Counted from the first letter of the stretch, positions 50,896-60,778 are shown. The stretch is 64,000 nucleotides of DNA from an uncultured Lachnospiraceae bacterium (GCA_902777355.1 CACYTU010000009.1:26101-90100), one strand, 5' to 3'. Program-made: numbers and translations. The notes: generated from the letters alone by a model not told the origin.

Positions 50896-53768
50896 AACAG
50901 AGCTTCATAGAACGGCAGTTTCCCGTGTCGAAAGTCAGTAAAGAGAGCTACAAAGAGCGAATGGCCAATAATGGTCAGACTTTGACAGGACTTGGAAAAT
51001 GGTGGGGACGAAAACCGTTGATTTTGGTTCGTGCTGCTATTTTGGGATGTCTACTTCCAGCTTCTGAAAATCCGGCTAAGGATATGGATATATTTCTGAA
51101 AATTCTTGGGATGGATGACGAAGGGTTATTGTTGAGAAAAGAAAAAAAGTTCTCAATTGGCGAGTTATTCTCTATATGTAGCTCTTGCACCACAATTTGG
51201 AATAAATATGGGGAATGGTTCGATAATACAGGATCTAAACTAAAACTTCTGAGAGGGGCACCAAGAGCGGAGATGGAGGCTGCTGCATTTGCAACATTGA
51301 GTTATGATCGAAAAATTGCGATGTGCAAGCGTCCTGAGCAGGTAAATATAGAATCAGAATACACTTGGGCAGATATAAATCACCATCTGGGCACACATGC
51401 GCATAACCTTAATGAACTGACAAAAGAATTATCAGAAAAAAAATATGGTCACGATGCCTTAGTTGGAGACTGTTTTTGTGGTGGGGGTTCTATTCCTTTT
51501 GAGGCAGCAAGAATTGGCTGCAATGCGTATGCAAGTGACCTTAACCCTATCGCTGGTATTTTGACTTGGGCTGCCATTAATGTTTGCGGAGCAGATCCTG
51601 AAACTGTTGGACATATTGTTCATTTTCAGGAGAATATATATCAGAAGGTTGAAGAAGAGTTAGAGCAGCTTGGGATTGAGTGCAACGAAAGAGGTGACAA
51701 AGCAATTGCTTATTTATACTGCATAGAAACTATATGCCCAGAATGTGGAATCCGTGTTCCACTGGCACCTTCATGGGTTATCGGAAAAAGAACAAAAACA
51801 ATAGCTACCTTGAAAGAAAATGGAGCCGGATATGATATTGAGATCATAATGAATGCCCCAGATGAGAAGATTAAGGCAGCAGCAAACGGAACAGTTACAA
51901 GCAGGGGACTCGTGTGCCCGCATTGCAGAAAAATCACCCCAATTTCTTCGTTGAGACATGACAGAACTGATAAAGATGGAAGAATTATCTATGGACTTCG
52001 CCAATGGGAAGAAAACGAATTTGAACCTCAAAAAGATGATGTCTACCAGGAAAGGCTATATGCAGTAAAATATCTTACACCAGAAGGAAACAGGTACTAC
52101 CGTGCACCAAGAGAGAGAGACCTTCAAAACGAAGAAAAAGTCAGGAAGTATGTTGCAGAGAATATTATAGAGTGGCAAAAAGAAGGCTTAGTTTCCACTT
52201 CCTTTATTGAAAATGGGTATAATACAGATCAAGTAATCAGAGAACGTGGTTGGAGATACTGGCATCAATTATTTAACGCTAGGCAGATTCTGTTAGTATT
52301 ATTGTATGAGAAAAACGTTCTTAAGCATGCAAAGAATTCACTTGAAAGTATCGTCGGTTTGCTGACCTTGAACAGAATGCTGAATTGGAATTCGAAGTTG
52401 TGTATGTGGTCGAGTTATCAGTCGCAGGAATGTGGACTACAGACTTTTTACAATCAGGCATTTAATACCTTTTTTAATTATTCAGTCCGGGCTTTGACGG
52501 CAATGAAAGATACATGTGTTTTCACGATCAATAATTATCCGATACATAGCCAGGCAACGGTCGAATTAAAGGATGCCAGAGATGTCAGCACGAATGCAGA
52601 TATTTGGATCACAGATCCCCCTTATGCAGACGCAGTTAATTATCATGAGTTATCAGAATTCTTCCTTGGATGGGACAGGCTTCTGATACAAAAGACCTTT
52701 CCGGAATGGTACACGGATAGCAAGAGAGTCTTGGCGGTTCGGGGAGATGGGCATTTTAGTCAGACAATGATTAATATTTATCGAAATCTGACACAACACA
52801 TGACTGATGATGGGATGCAGGTTGTCATGTTCACGCATTCAAATCCTGCAGTTTGGGCGCAGCTTGCATTGATTATGTGGAAATCTGGTCTGACAGTAAC
52901 AGCGGCATGGAATATTGCTACAGAAACAGATGCCGGTGGAATATACGATGGTAACTACGTTAAAGGTACAGTCCTTTTAATATTACGCAAGCAGCTTGGA
53001 GACGATGAAGCGTTCTTGGATGAGCTTTTTGCAGAGGTGAAGTCTGAGGTCAGAAACCAGATTGAATCCATGCAAGATCTGGACGACAGAGAAGATCCGA
53101 ATTTCTCCGATCCAGACTATGTCCTGGCGGCATATGCTGCTTCATTAAAGGTGCTTACAGGATATAAATCTATTGTTGAAATTGACTTGGACTATGAACT
53201 GGATCTGGCAATACATGATCCGTCAAAATCCGAGGTCGTGAAACTGATAGAACGAGCCAAAAAGATTGCCTACGATTTTATTATACCATTGGATTTCGAT
53301 CATTTCCTGTGGCGGGATCTCTCTGCAGCGGAACGTTTCTATGTAAAGGGGCTAGAGGCAGAGAAACACGGCAACTATCAGATTAGTACCTATCAGGAAT
53401 ATGCCAGAGGCTTCGGACTGACGAGCTATAGTCAGCTTATGGCGAACGAGCGGGCGAACACGGCGCGACTGAAAGTACCACAGGAATTTGGCATGCGCAC
53501 GGTGGGTGATGTTCCTGGCTTTGAACAGTCAATCCTGCGCCTGGTCCTTGCCTCCATCCATGTGGCGATTAAAGAGGATGAAAATCCGGAGAAGGGATTC
53601 TGGCATATCAAAAACAACCTTGCAGACTATTGGGGAAGGCGCGATATGCTGCGGCAGCTTTTCTCATTTCTGAAAGATACGGAAGACATCGATACCATGC
53701 CTCACTGGCATGAAGCGGCCATCATGGCGAGCCATATCTATACGATGATCGATAACGACCATATCTGA
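50892..53768 (+). CDS. DUF1156 amino-DNA methyltransferase
   Basis: LGKWWGRKPL, motif I DCFCGGGSIPFEA, Zn ribbons CPEC/CPHC, motif IV TDPPY. Confidence 0.9.
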   Translation: MKQSFIERQFPVSKVSKESYKERMANNGQTLTGLGKWWGRKPLILVRAAILGCLLPASENPAKDMDIFLKILGMDDEGLLLRKEKKFSIGELFSICSSCTTIWNKYGEWFDNTGSKLKLLRGAPRAEMEAAAFATLSYDRKIAMCKRPEQVNIESEYTWADINHHLGTHAHNLNELTKELSEKKYGHDALVGDCFCGGGSIPFEAARIGCNAYASDLNPIAGILTWAAINVCGADPETVGHIVHFQENIYQKVEEELEQLGIECNERGDKAIAYLYCIETICPECGIRVPLAPSWVIGKRTKTIATLKENGAGYDIEIIMNAPDEKIKAAANGTVTSRGLVCPHCRKITPISSLRHDRTDKDGRIIYGLRQWEENEFEPQKDDVYQERLYAVKYLTPEGNRYYRAPRERDLQNEEKVRKYVAENIIEWQKEGLVSTSFIENGYNTDQVIRERGWRYWHQLFNARQILLVLLYEKNVLKHAKNSLESIVGLLTLNRMLNWNSKLCMWSSYQSQECGLQTFYNQAFNTFFNYSVRALTAMKDTCVFTINNYPIHSQATVELKDARDVSTNADIWITDPPYADAVNYHELSEFFLGWDRLLIQKTFPEWYTDSKRVLAVRGDGHFSQTMINIYRNLTQHMTDDGMQVVMFTHSNPAVWAQLALIMWKSGLTVTAAWNIATETDAGGIYDGNYVKGTVLLILRKQLGDDEAFLDELFAEVKSEVRNQIESMQDLDDREDPNFSDPDYVLAAYAASLKVLTGYKSIVEIDLDYELDLAIHDPSKSEVVKLIERAKKIAYDFIIPLDFDHFLWRDLSAAERFYVKGLEAEKHGNYQISTYQEYARGFGLTSYSQLMANERANTARLKVPQEFGMRTVGDVPGFEQSILRLVLASIHVAIKEDENPEKGFWHIKNNLADYWGRRDMLRQLFSFLKDTEDIDTMPHWHEAAIMASHIYTMIDNDHI

Positions 53769-53805
53769 ATAATACTACTGAATAGCAATCTCAGAGGAAT
53801 ATCAT

Positions 53806-56592
53806 ATGTTGAATCGTTTTTCATCGAGAAAAACAGACCTTGGAAAACAGTACCTTGCAGACCGTCTGCAGGGTGCTGTTTCCTATGATCGCATAGCGGG
53901 TTATTTCTGTTCTTCTGTCTTGGAAATTGCAGGAGAGGCAATGGAGCAGATTCCTGGAAAGATCCGTATTATCTGTAACAGTGGATTAAATCCCGAAGAT
54001 GTGAAGGTTGCAGGACTGGCTGCAATGCAGCTTAAGCAGGAGTGGTGCGGGTTTAAGCCAGAAGACGTATATACTTCCCGTCCGGAATCTGTGCGTCTGC
54101 ATCGGTTGTACGACCTGCTTAGCAACGGAAAAATGGAGATCCGCGTCCTGCCGGACAGCGTGTATGGCCTAATGCATGGCAAGGCCGGCGTCCTCACATA
54201 CCCAGATGGTCGACGCCTGTCCTTTATTGGCAGCATGAATGAGACTAAAAGCGCTTTGGTGAGTAATTATGAGATCGTCTGGGAGGATGACGATCCAGAG
54301 TCGGCAGACTGGGTGCAGTCAGAGTTTGATTATTTTTGGGATCATGAGTGTGCTGTTCCGCTGTGTGAGTTTGTGATTTCGGATATAAAAAGAATTGCGG
54401 ACCGACATCCCCTGACGGTTAGGGATTGGCGGGAGAAAGAATCGGCAGATCCTGCTGCCGTCGCAGCGGAGGAGCCTGTTTATCGCAGTGAATTCGGGCT
54501 CTGGGCGCACCAGAAGTATTTCGTGATGCGTGCTTTTGAAGAGCATAGAACGAAAGGAGGCGCACGGCTGGTGCTGGCGGATATGGTGGGTCTGGGGAAA
54601 ACCCTGCAGCTTGCCATGACGGCAAAGCTGATGGCGCTTTATGGTGACAGACCGATTCTGATTATCGTACCTAAGACCCTGCTGTATCAATGGCAGGATG
54701 AAATGCATACCATGCTGGATATGCCGTCCGCTGTCTGGACAGGAAAATGCTGGCGGGATGAAAACGGATTTGATTATATCTGTGACAGCGTCAGAGGTAT
54801 TCTTAAATGCCCCCGCAGAGTCGGCATCATCTCCCAGGGACTAATCACAGCACGTACCGAGGCTGCGGAGTTGCTGAAGCAATTGAAATATGAATGCGTG
54901 ATTCTGGACGAGGCGCACCGGGCACGCAGGAAAAATATCGGAAAGGATGCGGACAGATATCGTGCGCAGCCAAACAATCTGCTGCGGTTCCTGGATGAGA
55001 TTACCTTCCAGACTCAAAGTATGCTCCTGGCCACGGCTACACCGGTACAGATCCACCCGATTGAGGCGTTTGACCTGCTGGATGCACTTGGACGTCCCAA
55101 AGAAGCATCCAAAGTGCTTGGGGACAGCTACAGCATCTGGAGAAAGAAGCCGCAGACGGGCCTTGATTATATGTCGCAAGCGCAGAATCCACCAGATTCG
55201 GAAGCGGAGATGTGGGAGATTGTTCGGAACCCTTTCCCGCCCCGTACAGACAGCAGCAGGCGAGTCGGAACACTGCGAAACCAGATGGACATCCCGGATG
55301 ATGTCGCAGTGCTTCCACAGGACAGATTCAAAAGTCTGCGCAGATCAATTCAAAACAAAGTCTGGGAACTGTATCAGGACGAAGGATTCCTGATTAACCA
55401 TAATCCCTATGTGCGTGGCATCGTCCGTCGCACGCGGGACTTTCTTGAAAGTACTCTCAATCCGGAGACAGGAGAACCTTATCTGAAGAAGATTAATGTA
55501 TTGCTTCTGGGAGAAAAGGAAGACGAGGCACTGGAACTGACCGGCTATCAGCTCCAGGCCTATCAGATCGCGGAGGAATTCTGCCGGTTGCTCTCTTCCC
55601 GTGTTCGCGGGGGCGGATTTATGTCTACCCTGATCCTGAAGAGGATCGGAAGCACTATGATTGCAGGAGAGATAACAGCGAAGAAAATCCTCTCCTGGAC
55701 GGATAACGGGCAGATGTCTTTTTGGGAACTCTATGACACCGTAACCGAGGAAGATGATGAAGACACCTCTGATTCTGAAAGCGGCACAGCAAATAATGCG
55801 GGCAGTGAAATCAAAAATCTGACCGCCGAGGAAGAAGAATGTCTGACACGCCTTGTTAATGTATTGCAGGCTAATCGGGACACGGATCCCAAGTATCTGC
55901 GTGTCCGAGAAATCCTTCAAAATGGAGTGGAGGACGAGGGCGGATGGATGCACAAAGGCTGTATCATTTTCTCCCAGTATTTCGACAGCGCCAACTATAT
56001 TGCAGAGCTTCTCAGCAAAGATCTCCAGGACATGCAGATCGGTCTGTACGCAGGCGGAGACAGAAGCGGCGTTTACCAAGACGGAATATTCCGGAAAATG
56101 AAAAAGGACGCTCTCAAAGCAATGGTAAAGAACAGGGAGCTGAAAGTGCTTGTCGGAACCGATGCCGCCAGCGAAGGTCTTAACCTCCAGACACTGCAGA
56201 CCCTGATTAATGTCGACCTTCCCTGGAACCCGACCCGTCTCGAACAGCGCAAAGGTCGCATCCAGCGAATCGGACAACTTGCCGACACCATCATGATCTA
56301 CAACATGCGCTACAAGGATAGTGTTGAGGACCGCGTACACACCCGCCTTTCTTCTCGCCTCCAGGAAATCTACACCATGTTCGGCCAGATCCCTGAAGTC
56401 CTTGAAGACGTCTGGATCGCCGTTGCTCAAAACGACGAAAAGCGCGCCCAGGAGGCTATAAACAAAGTACCAAAGAAAAATCCTTTTATCATCAAATACG
56501 AAATGCAGATCCCCGACTGTGGCGACTGGGAAAAATGTACTGAGGTACTGGATAAACAGGAAAAACTCAAGGAACTGATGAAGGGGTGGTGA
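53806..56592 (+). CDS. PLD-nuclease/SNF2 helicase fusion
   Basis: MHGKAG...GSMNET (PLD-like); LADMVGLGKT, DEAH, ATATP, SEGLNLQ, DLPWNPTRLEQRKGRIQRIGQ. Confidence 0.92.
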   Translation: MLNRFSSRKTDLGKQYLADRLQGAVSYDRIAGYFCSSVLEIAGEAMEQIPGKIRIICNSGLNPEDVKVAGLAAMQLKQEWCGFKPEDVYTSRPESVRLHRLYDLLSNGKMEIRVLPDSVYGLMHGKAGVLTYPDGRRLSFIGSMNETKSALVSNYEIVWEDDDPESADWVQSEFDYFWDHECAVPLCEFVISDIKRIADRHPLTVRDWREKESADPAAVAAEEPVYRSEFGLWAHQKYFVMRAFEEHRTKGGARLVLADMVGLGKTLQLAMTAKLMALYGDRPILIIVPKTLLYQWQDEMHTMLDMPSAVWTGKCWRDENGFDYICDSVRGILKCPRRVGIISQGLITARTEAAELLKQLKYECVILDEAHRARRKNIGKDADRYRAQPNNLLRFLDEITFQTQSMLLATATPVQIHPIEAFDLLDALGRPKEASKVLGDSYSIWRKKPQTGLDYMSQAQNPPDSEAEMWEIVRNPFPPRTDSSRRVGTLRNQMDIPDDVAVLPQDRFKSLRRSIQNKVWELYQDEGFLINHNPYVRGIVRRTRDFLESTLNPETGEPYLKKINVLLLGEKEDEALELTGYQLQAYQIAEEFCRLLSSRVRGGGFMSTLILKRIGSTMIAGEITAKKILSWTDNGQMSFWELYDTVTEEDDEDTSDSESGTANNAGSEIKNLTAEEEECLTRLVNVLQANRDTDPKYLRVREILQNGVEDEGGWMHKGCIIFSQYFDSANYIAELLSKDLQDMQIGLYAGGDRSGVYQDGIFRKMKKDALKAMVKNRELKVLVGTDAASEGLNLQTLQTLINVDLPWNPTRLEQRKGRIQRIGQLADTIMIYNMRYKDSVEDRVHTRLSSRLQEIYTMFGQIPEVLEDVWIAVAQNDEKRAQEAINKVPKKNPFIIKYEMQIPDCGDWEKCTEVLDKQEKLKELMKGW

Positions 56593-56671
56593 GGAGCTTA
56601 CGAATTCTGGAAAAAGAATCTTAATCTGCGCAGTTACTGCTACAACATTATACAAATGAAGGAATGATATC

Positions 56672-57325
56672 TTGGAAGGAAAAATAGACCGCCTGTATGT
56701 TATTTCGCATGCAGGGAAACGGAGATTGAAGTCTTTGAGATTTAGGTATTTGTCTAAAAGCATAATAGCTAATTGCAAGGGAGACGAGAACTCATTTGAA
56801 TATGTAAATTTTAGAGGGGCTCATTTTTCGAGAAGCTCTTTCAAGGGATCCGTATTTAAAGGTTGTGACTTCTGGGGAACTACTTTTAAGAAGTGCAAGT
56901 TTAATAATGCGGTGTTTGAAGACTGCGTATTTCAGGGCTGCAAATTCAAGAATTGTGATTTCTCCGGTGCTCAAATTCAATACTCATGTATTGTGAATAC
57001 GAATACGGAGGAATGTCGTGATCTTCATTTGCATGATAGCATATTGGTTTTGAAGAAGTACCCAGATGTGGATATTCAGGAGAGTTTGTTGATTTCACTT
57101 GAAAGGCAGAAAAAAAATCTATACCTGCGGAAAACAAAAGTGCTATGGATTTCCGAAAAGAGACTGAATTATCTAAATTTGTTCCTGTTACTGAGAAAAT
57201 ATTCACCAGACCAAATTGAGGATTATCTCAATCAAATGAATAACTGCAAAGCACGAAAGCTGACGACATTTGGAAGCTTAAAATACGGATTGCACAGGTA
57301 TGTGAAAAGCAGTATAATCACTTAG
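56672..57325 (+). CDS. pentapeptide-repeat protein with basic helical C-terminal domain
   Basis: VNFRG AHFSR SSFKG SVFKG CDFWG TTFKK CKFNN AVFED CVFQG CKFKN CDFSG; TTG start after AAGGA. Confidence 0.88.
   Translation: MEGKIDRLYVISHAGKRRLKSLRFRYLSKSIIANCKGDENSFEYVNFRGAHFSRSSFKGSVFKGCDFWGTTFKKCKFNNAVFEDCVFQGCKFKNCDFSGAQIQYSCIVNTNTEECRDLHLHDSILVLKKYPDVDIQESLLISLERQKKNLYLRKTKVLWISEKRLNYLNLFLLLRKYSPDQIEDYLNQMNNCKARKLTTFGSLKYGLHRYVKSSIIT
57290..57318 (+). promoter_or_regulatory. sigma-70 promoter embedded in the 3' end of the pentapeptide gene
   Basis: TTGCAC (57290-95)-17 nt-TATAAT (57313-18). Confidence 0.7.
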
Positions 57326-57425
57326 TCCCGCCCCACGCAATCGAGAGGTTGCGATGCCTATGGACTTGGAAGCAAGGAACGGGGACTGTAACATGATGGC
57401 GAGCATTCGAGAGGGGGTGTCTTTT
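57324..57425 (+). ncRNA. putative structured RNA (three-way junction plus 3' hairpin)
   Basis: AGTCCC/GGGACT closing stem, CGCAATC-GAGA-GGTTGCG, CTTG-GAAG-CAAG; GC-rich patch in an AT-rich region beginning at the predicted +1. Confidence 0.5.
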
Positions 57426-57758
57426 ATGGCAGATATTTCTACAATTAGCGGCTTTTGTTGCCTTATTTGTTTGAAACTGTTGACATTGCATCCTCTCGAT
57501 TGTTTGGGGTTGCTGTAAACAATAATAATTCAGGAAGCAAAAAGAAAGTATATTATATTAGAGAAATATACGGATATCTTTTGAAAACAGAAAGCATCAC
57601 AAAAAGCCCCCTGATCAAAACAAACTTTTGTTTATGAGCGGGGGACCTTTTATAATAATCTCTGTTTGGAAATAGAGAAATTCGAGAACCGGGAAATCGA
57701 AAACTGCCGGTATTCTGGGTGAAAAGATAAGGTAAAGAGCATGTCAGCTTTTCAGGAC

Positions 57759-57956
57759 TTATCTTGCAGACATCTTTGAAGCGCGTTCCATGCTTCTGCT
57801 TCTCATAACATCGTTCCTGTTCAGCTGTGCGGCAATCTCTGTTTCAAGTTCACGCAAAGACTCTTGCGTAGGCCTGCACTTTTGGGGTACCTTTACGACT
57901 CTTGCAGCACCATTGCTTTTGGCCATTTCTTTTCTGATAATTCTTCTCAAGTTCAT
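57759..57956 (-). CDS. small hypothetical protein (65 aa)
   Basis: Strong RBS GGAGGTGA before ATG; basic and helical. Confidence 0.7.
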   Translation of the reverse strand: MNLRRIIRKEMAKSNGAARVVKVPQKCRPTQESLRELETEIAAQLNRNDVMRSRSMERASKMSAR

Positions 57957-58111
57957 CCTATCACCTCCGTCGTCCTAGCGATACGAAGATATCTCCGACG
58001 TATCAAGTATGATATAATAATTGTACAAATGTGCAAAATGCAGGATACATTATCTCAAATAGATTAGTTGCTGTCAATAATATTTTGCAAATTTATATAC
58101 TAAGGGTGCAG

Positions 58112-59836
58112 TTATAATCCATATTTTTCAAGATTATGCCGATAACCGGGAAACAAATCATCTTCTACTACTTCTACATTCTCATCAAATGCTATTTCTG
58201 CATCTTCAGGCATCCTATAAGCAATTTTTTTAGGATATCTTGCCAATATAAGGCTGTCTGTCTCCTGCCCGTTTCCCGGAACAGACGTCGCATCGAGAAC
58301 GATTTCGCCAAATGCTTTCAATTCTTCGTAATCAGAAACTCTATAGAGTTCGCAGACCCATACGAATCTTGGCATTGGAACAAGCGCATAGTTTTTGGCA
58401 ATATAATGGTTGGCCTGTGAAGCAATTCTGAAGCTTTTCAATCCGGAGGAGGATGCCATGAACAGTCGAATAATCACATCTTCTTTTGGCTCAAGAAATT
58501 CATCACACCAGGCAGTTATTCCAAGCGCTTCGTGCTGCAGCACAGCCCTTACGATGGTATTGGCATCCGGAGCATCCATAAACATTCTTTTATAAAGAGG
58601 AACAGCCAGGTTTACAGCTTCCAGATCAGAGAATGTGGCTAATTTATCAAATGTTCTGACCTGATACACGGGTTCATTATCATCAATAATCACATACTCA
58701 TCGTAAAAATCAGCAGAATTGATAAGCGGATGAGCTGTATCTCTGTGCTTGTAGGATATATATTTATTTTGAAAAGCTTTCTTTCGGAGACTGCTATTCT
58801 CCTTACCATGACCTATGCATATTACAGAATGACCCGGACCTTTCTGCCCTTTTGGCATTAGATTCACCGCTACAGGTATGCCGGACTCTATGTAATAGTG
58901 CAGCCATCGCTTAAGCTTGTCCTTTTTTGATAAATAGGAAAGGCTGTACGAATCAATAGAATTCAGATTATAAAGGCGGGGGGAGAAGCCGAAGTCAGAA
59001 AGAGCCTTTGTAAGGATCGGGTAAGTTGCCCCTTTTGAAGGAAGGACTCGTTCATGACTCTGTTTTTGAATACTTTTCAGGATATCGCTGGGAACTACTG
59101 ACGGGTAATCCTTATAGCTGTTTGAGTAATAATCTGTAAGATTCAGCAGAGTTACTTCAACACAGCTCATTGTTTCAGAATCCTGCATGCGATAAGGAAA
59201 GGCTTTTACCGTTAATGTTTTCCCGTAGATATGTAATGTATACTTTGACAGTCTTACATAAACAGGTAAAGAATTCTTTGAAATCAGATATTCCGGATTA
59301 ATCAGAGTCCTCCCAATCATTCTTTTAGACAGGGGATTCACCACGCAAGTTCCCATAAAGGCATCCTGAACCTCTTTTGGAACGTCTTCTGAATCCTGGT
59401 AAAGAAAAAGGTCTTCATCTACAATATTTTGAAAAAAAGACAATCTCCTGGAATATCGCTTCGTTTGAAAATGCTGATTTGAATAATAAGTGTAATAACT
59501 ATCCCTGAAACTTTTATCGATATGGTGGTTTTCCTGAATGATTGTAAAAGGACGTGGAAGTTTTTTCAGGATTTCTTCCAGCGTAGTGTCGTTAGTTATT
59601 ATTTTTTTATTATCCGGATTTAAAGAGTCCAGATATTCTTTGTCATCCAGTTCACGAATATTGTTCAAATAGATGTCTCTGCAGAATTCATGAATGGCCT
59701 CTTCATAGTTATCATCATTAATATAGACAAACAGAACTTCATCATATCTGAAAATATCGGGTACATCTGTCATTTCTTGATTATTCATATCAGTTAAGAT
59801 CCTATTTAACGAAGCAATATACAGGTCCTGTTTCAT
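58112..59836 (-). CDS. papain-like (C39-type) cysteine peptidase-domain protein
   Basis: MQDSETMSC (Gln...Cys), GIPVAV, GHSVICIG (His), YVIIDDN (Asp). Confidence 0.7.
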   Translation of the reverse strand: MKQDLYIASLNRILTDMNNQEMTDVPDIFRYDEVLFVYINDDNYEEAIHEFCRDIYLNNIRELDDKEYLDSLNPDNKKIITNDTTLEEILKKLPRPFTIIQENHHIDKSFRDSYYTYYSNQHFQTKRYSRRLSFFQNIVDEDLFLYQDSEDVPKEVQDAFMGTCVVNPLSKRMIGRTLINPEYLISKNSLPVYVRLSKYTLHIYGKTLTVKAFPYRMQDSETMSCVEVTLLNLTDYYSNSYKDYPSVVPSDILKSIQKQSHERVLPSKGATYPILTKALSDFGFSPRLYNLNSIDSYSLSYLSKKDKLKRWLHYYIESGIPVAVNLMPKGQKGPGHSVICIGHGKENSSLRKKAFQNKYISYKHRDTAHPLINSADFYDEYVIIDDNEPVYQVRTFDKLATFSDLEAVNLAVPLYKRMFMDAPDANTIVRAVLQHEALGITAWCDEFLEPKEDVIIRLFMASSSGLKSFRIASQANHYIAKNYALVPMPRFVWVCELYRVSDYEELKAFGEIVLDATSVPGNGQETDSLILARYPKKIAYRMPEDAEIAFDENVEVVEDDLFPGYRHNLEKYGL

Positions 59837-60488
59837 TGTTTTTCATGACTAAAATTTTCTTGTCAAGCAAAGATTTCAGAGCACAGTTCAGTGACATGTT
59901 TTCATGAAGATCACACGAATCATCATTTTTTGAGTAATGTGTGCAAGTCCATTCATGTGTGTGCATATTACACTGTTTCTTTTCAGCCGAAGGAATCCAT
60001 TCTTTCAGCTCTTCCAGTGTAAAGTCCTTATGTTCCCTGAAATGTGTCAGAGCCTGAAAATAGATGCAGAAATCCCAATCATCAAGATTTTTTACAGATT
60101 GAAACAAATCCCAAAGAGCAATAGCTACTCCTGTAGATGCGGAAAGAGACGGAGATGGCATTACCAAGGGATTTCTGGTTGTTAAAGAAATGATCAGCGC
60201 ATCAGCCAGCCCGCTGTTGATAAATATTTGAAGGAAATCGAGCATTATTTTTTGAACACAAATATACTTATGTCCAATACGCATTTCTGATTTTTTGGTC
60301 AGTTGGTTCTGCCATAGCTGCGTCACATCTTCCATTTGGATCTCCTGATCCTCATAGTCTGCAGTAATAGCCGCCATAATCTGCGCTTTGTATTTATTCA
60401 GATTTTCCTGGTTTTCTTCAGGCGCTTCTTTGATAAATTTCTCGACTTCATCAAGGATATCCTGATAACTCATATAGTATTCTGCCAT
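59802..60488 (-). CDS. hypothetical protein with hydrophobic core and Cys/His-rich C-terminus
   Basis: 228-aa ORF overlapping the peptidase start by 35 bp; CNMHTHEWTCTHY...C. Confidence 0.78.
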   Translation of the reverse strand: MAEYYMSYQDILDEVEKFIKEAPEENQENLNKYKAQIMAAITADYEDQEIQMEDVTQLWQNQLTKKSEMRIGHKYICVQKIMLDFLQIFINSGLADALIISLTTRNPLVMPSPSLSASTGVAIALWDLFQSVKNLDDWDFCIYFQALTHFREHKDFTLEELKEWIPSAEKKQCNMHTHEWTCTHYSKNDDSCDLHENMSLNCALKSLLDKKILVMKNNETGPVYCFVK

Positions 60489-60737
60489 AGCACTGTCCCA
60501 TCTTCTTACGTACTACCTGTTTTATCGGAACACACTAATTATAGCATAGGCTATATTTATTATGTGGTTTTTGTTTTGCTAAAAATTATAAAAAATTATT
60601 GATAATTCTATTTGTATACGAACATACCTCAGAAAAGACATTGTGTCTACATAAAGAATACTAACTGGATGACTTTGGATCCATTTTCGAAGAAAACACC
60701 TGTTCACTCTCCGCGCATCATCTGGGACTGACGTGCT

Positions 60738-60778
60738 GTATTCACCTTTTAAGGGGACTGCCCTTAAAAAGTGAATAC
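60738..60778. other. 18-bp-arm inverted repeat between divergent genes
   Basis: GTATTCACCTTTTAAGGG-GACTG-CCCTTAAAAAGTGAATAC. Confidence 0.55.

Noticed and set aside
47138-56592. BREX or DISARM assignment
   Set aside because: No PglZ, BrxL, DrmA/DrmB (DUF1998) gene; composition fits the DUF499-DUF3780-DUF1156-helicase system instead.
57455-57637. 60-aa ORF after the pentapeptide gene
   Set aside because: TTG start without a properly spaced RBS and no recognisable features.
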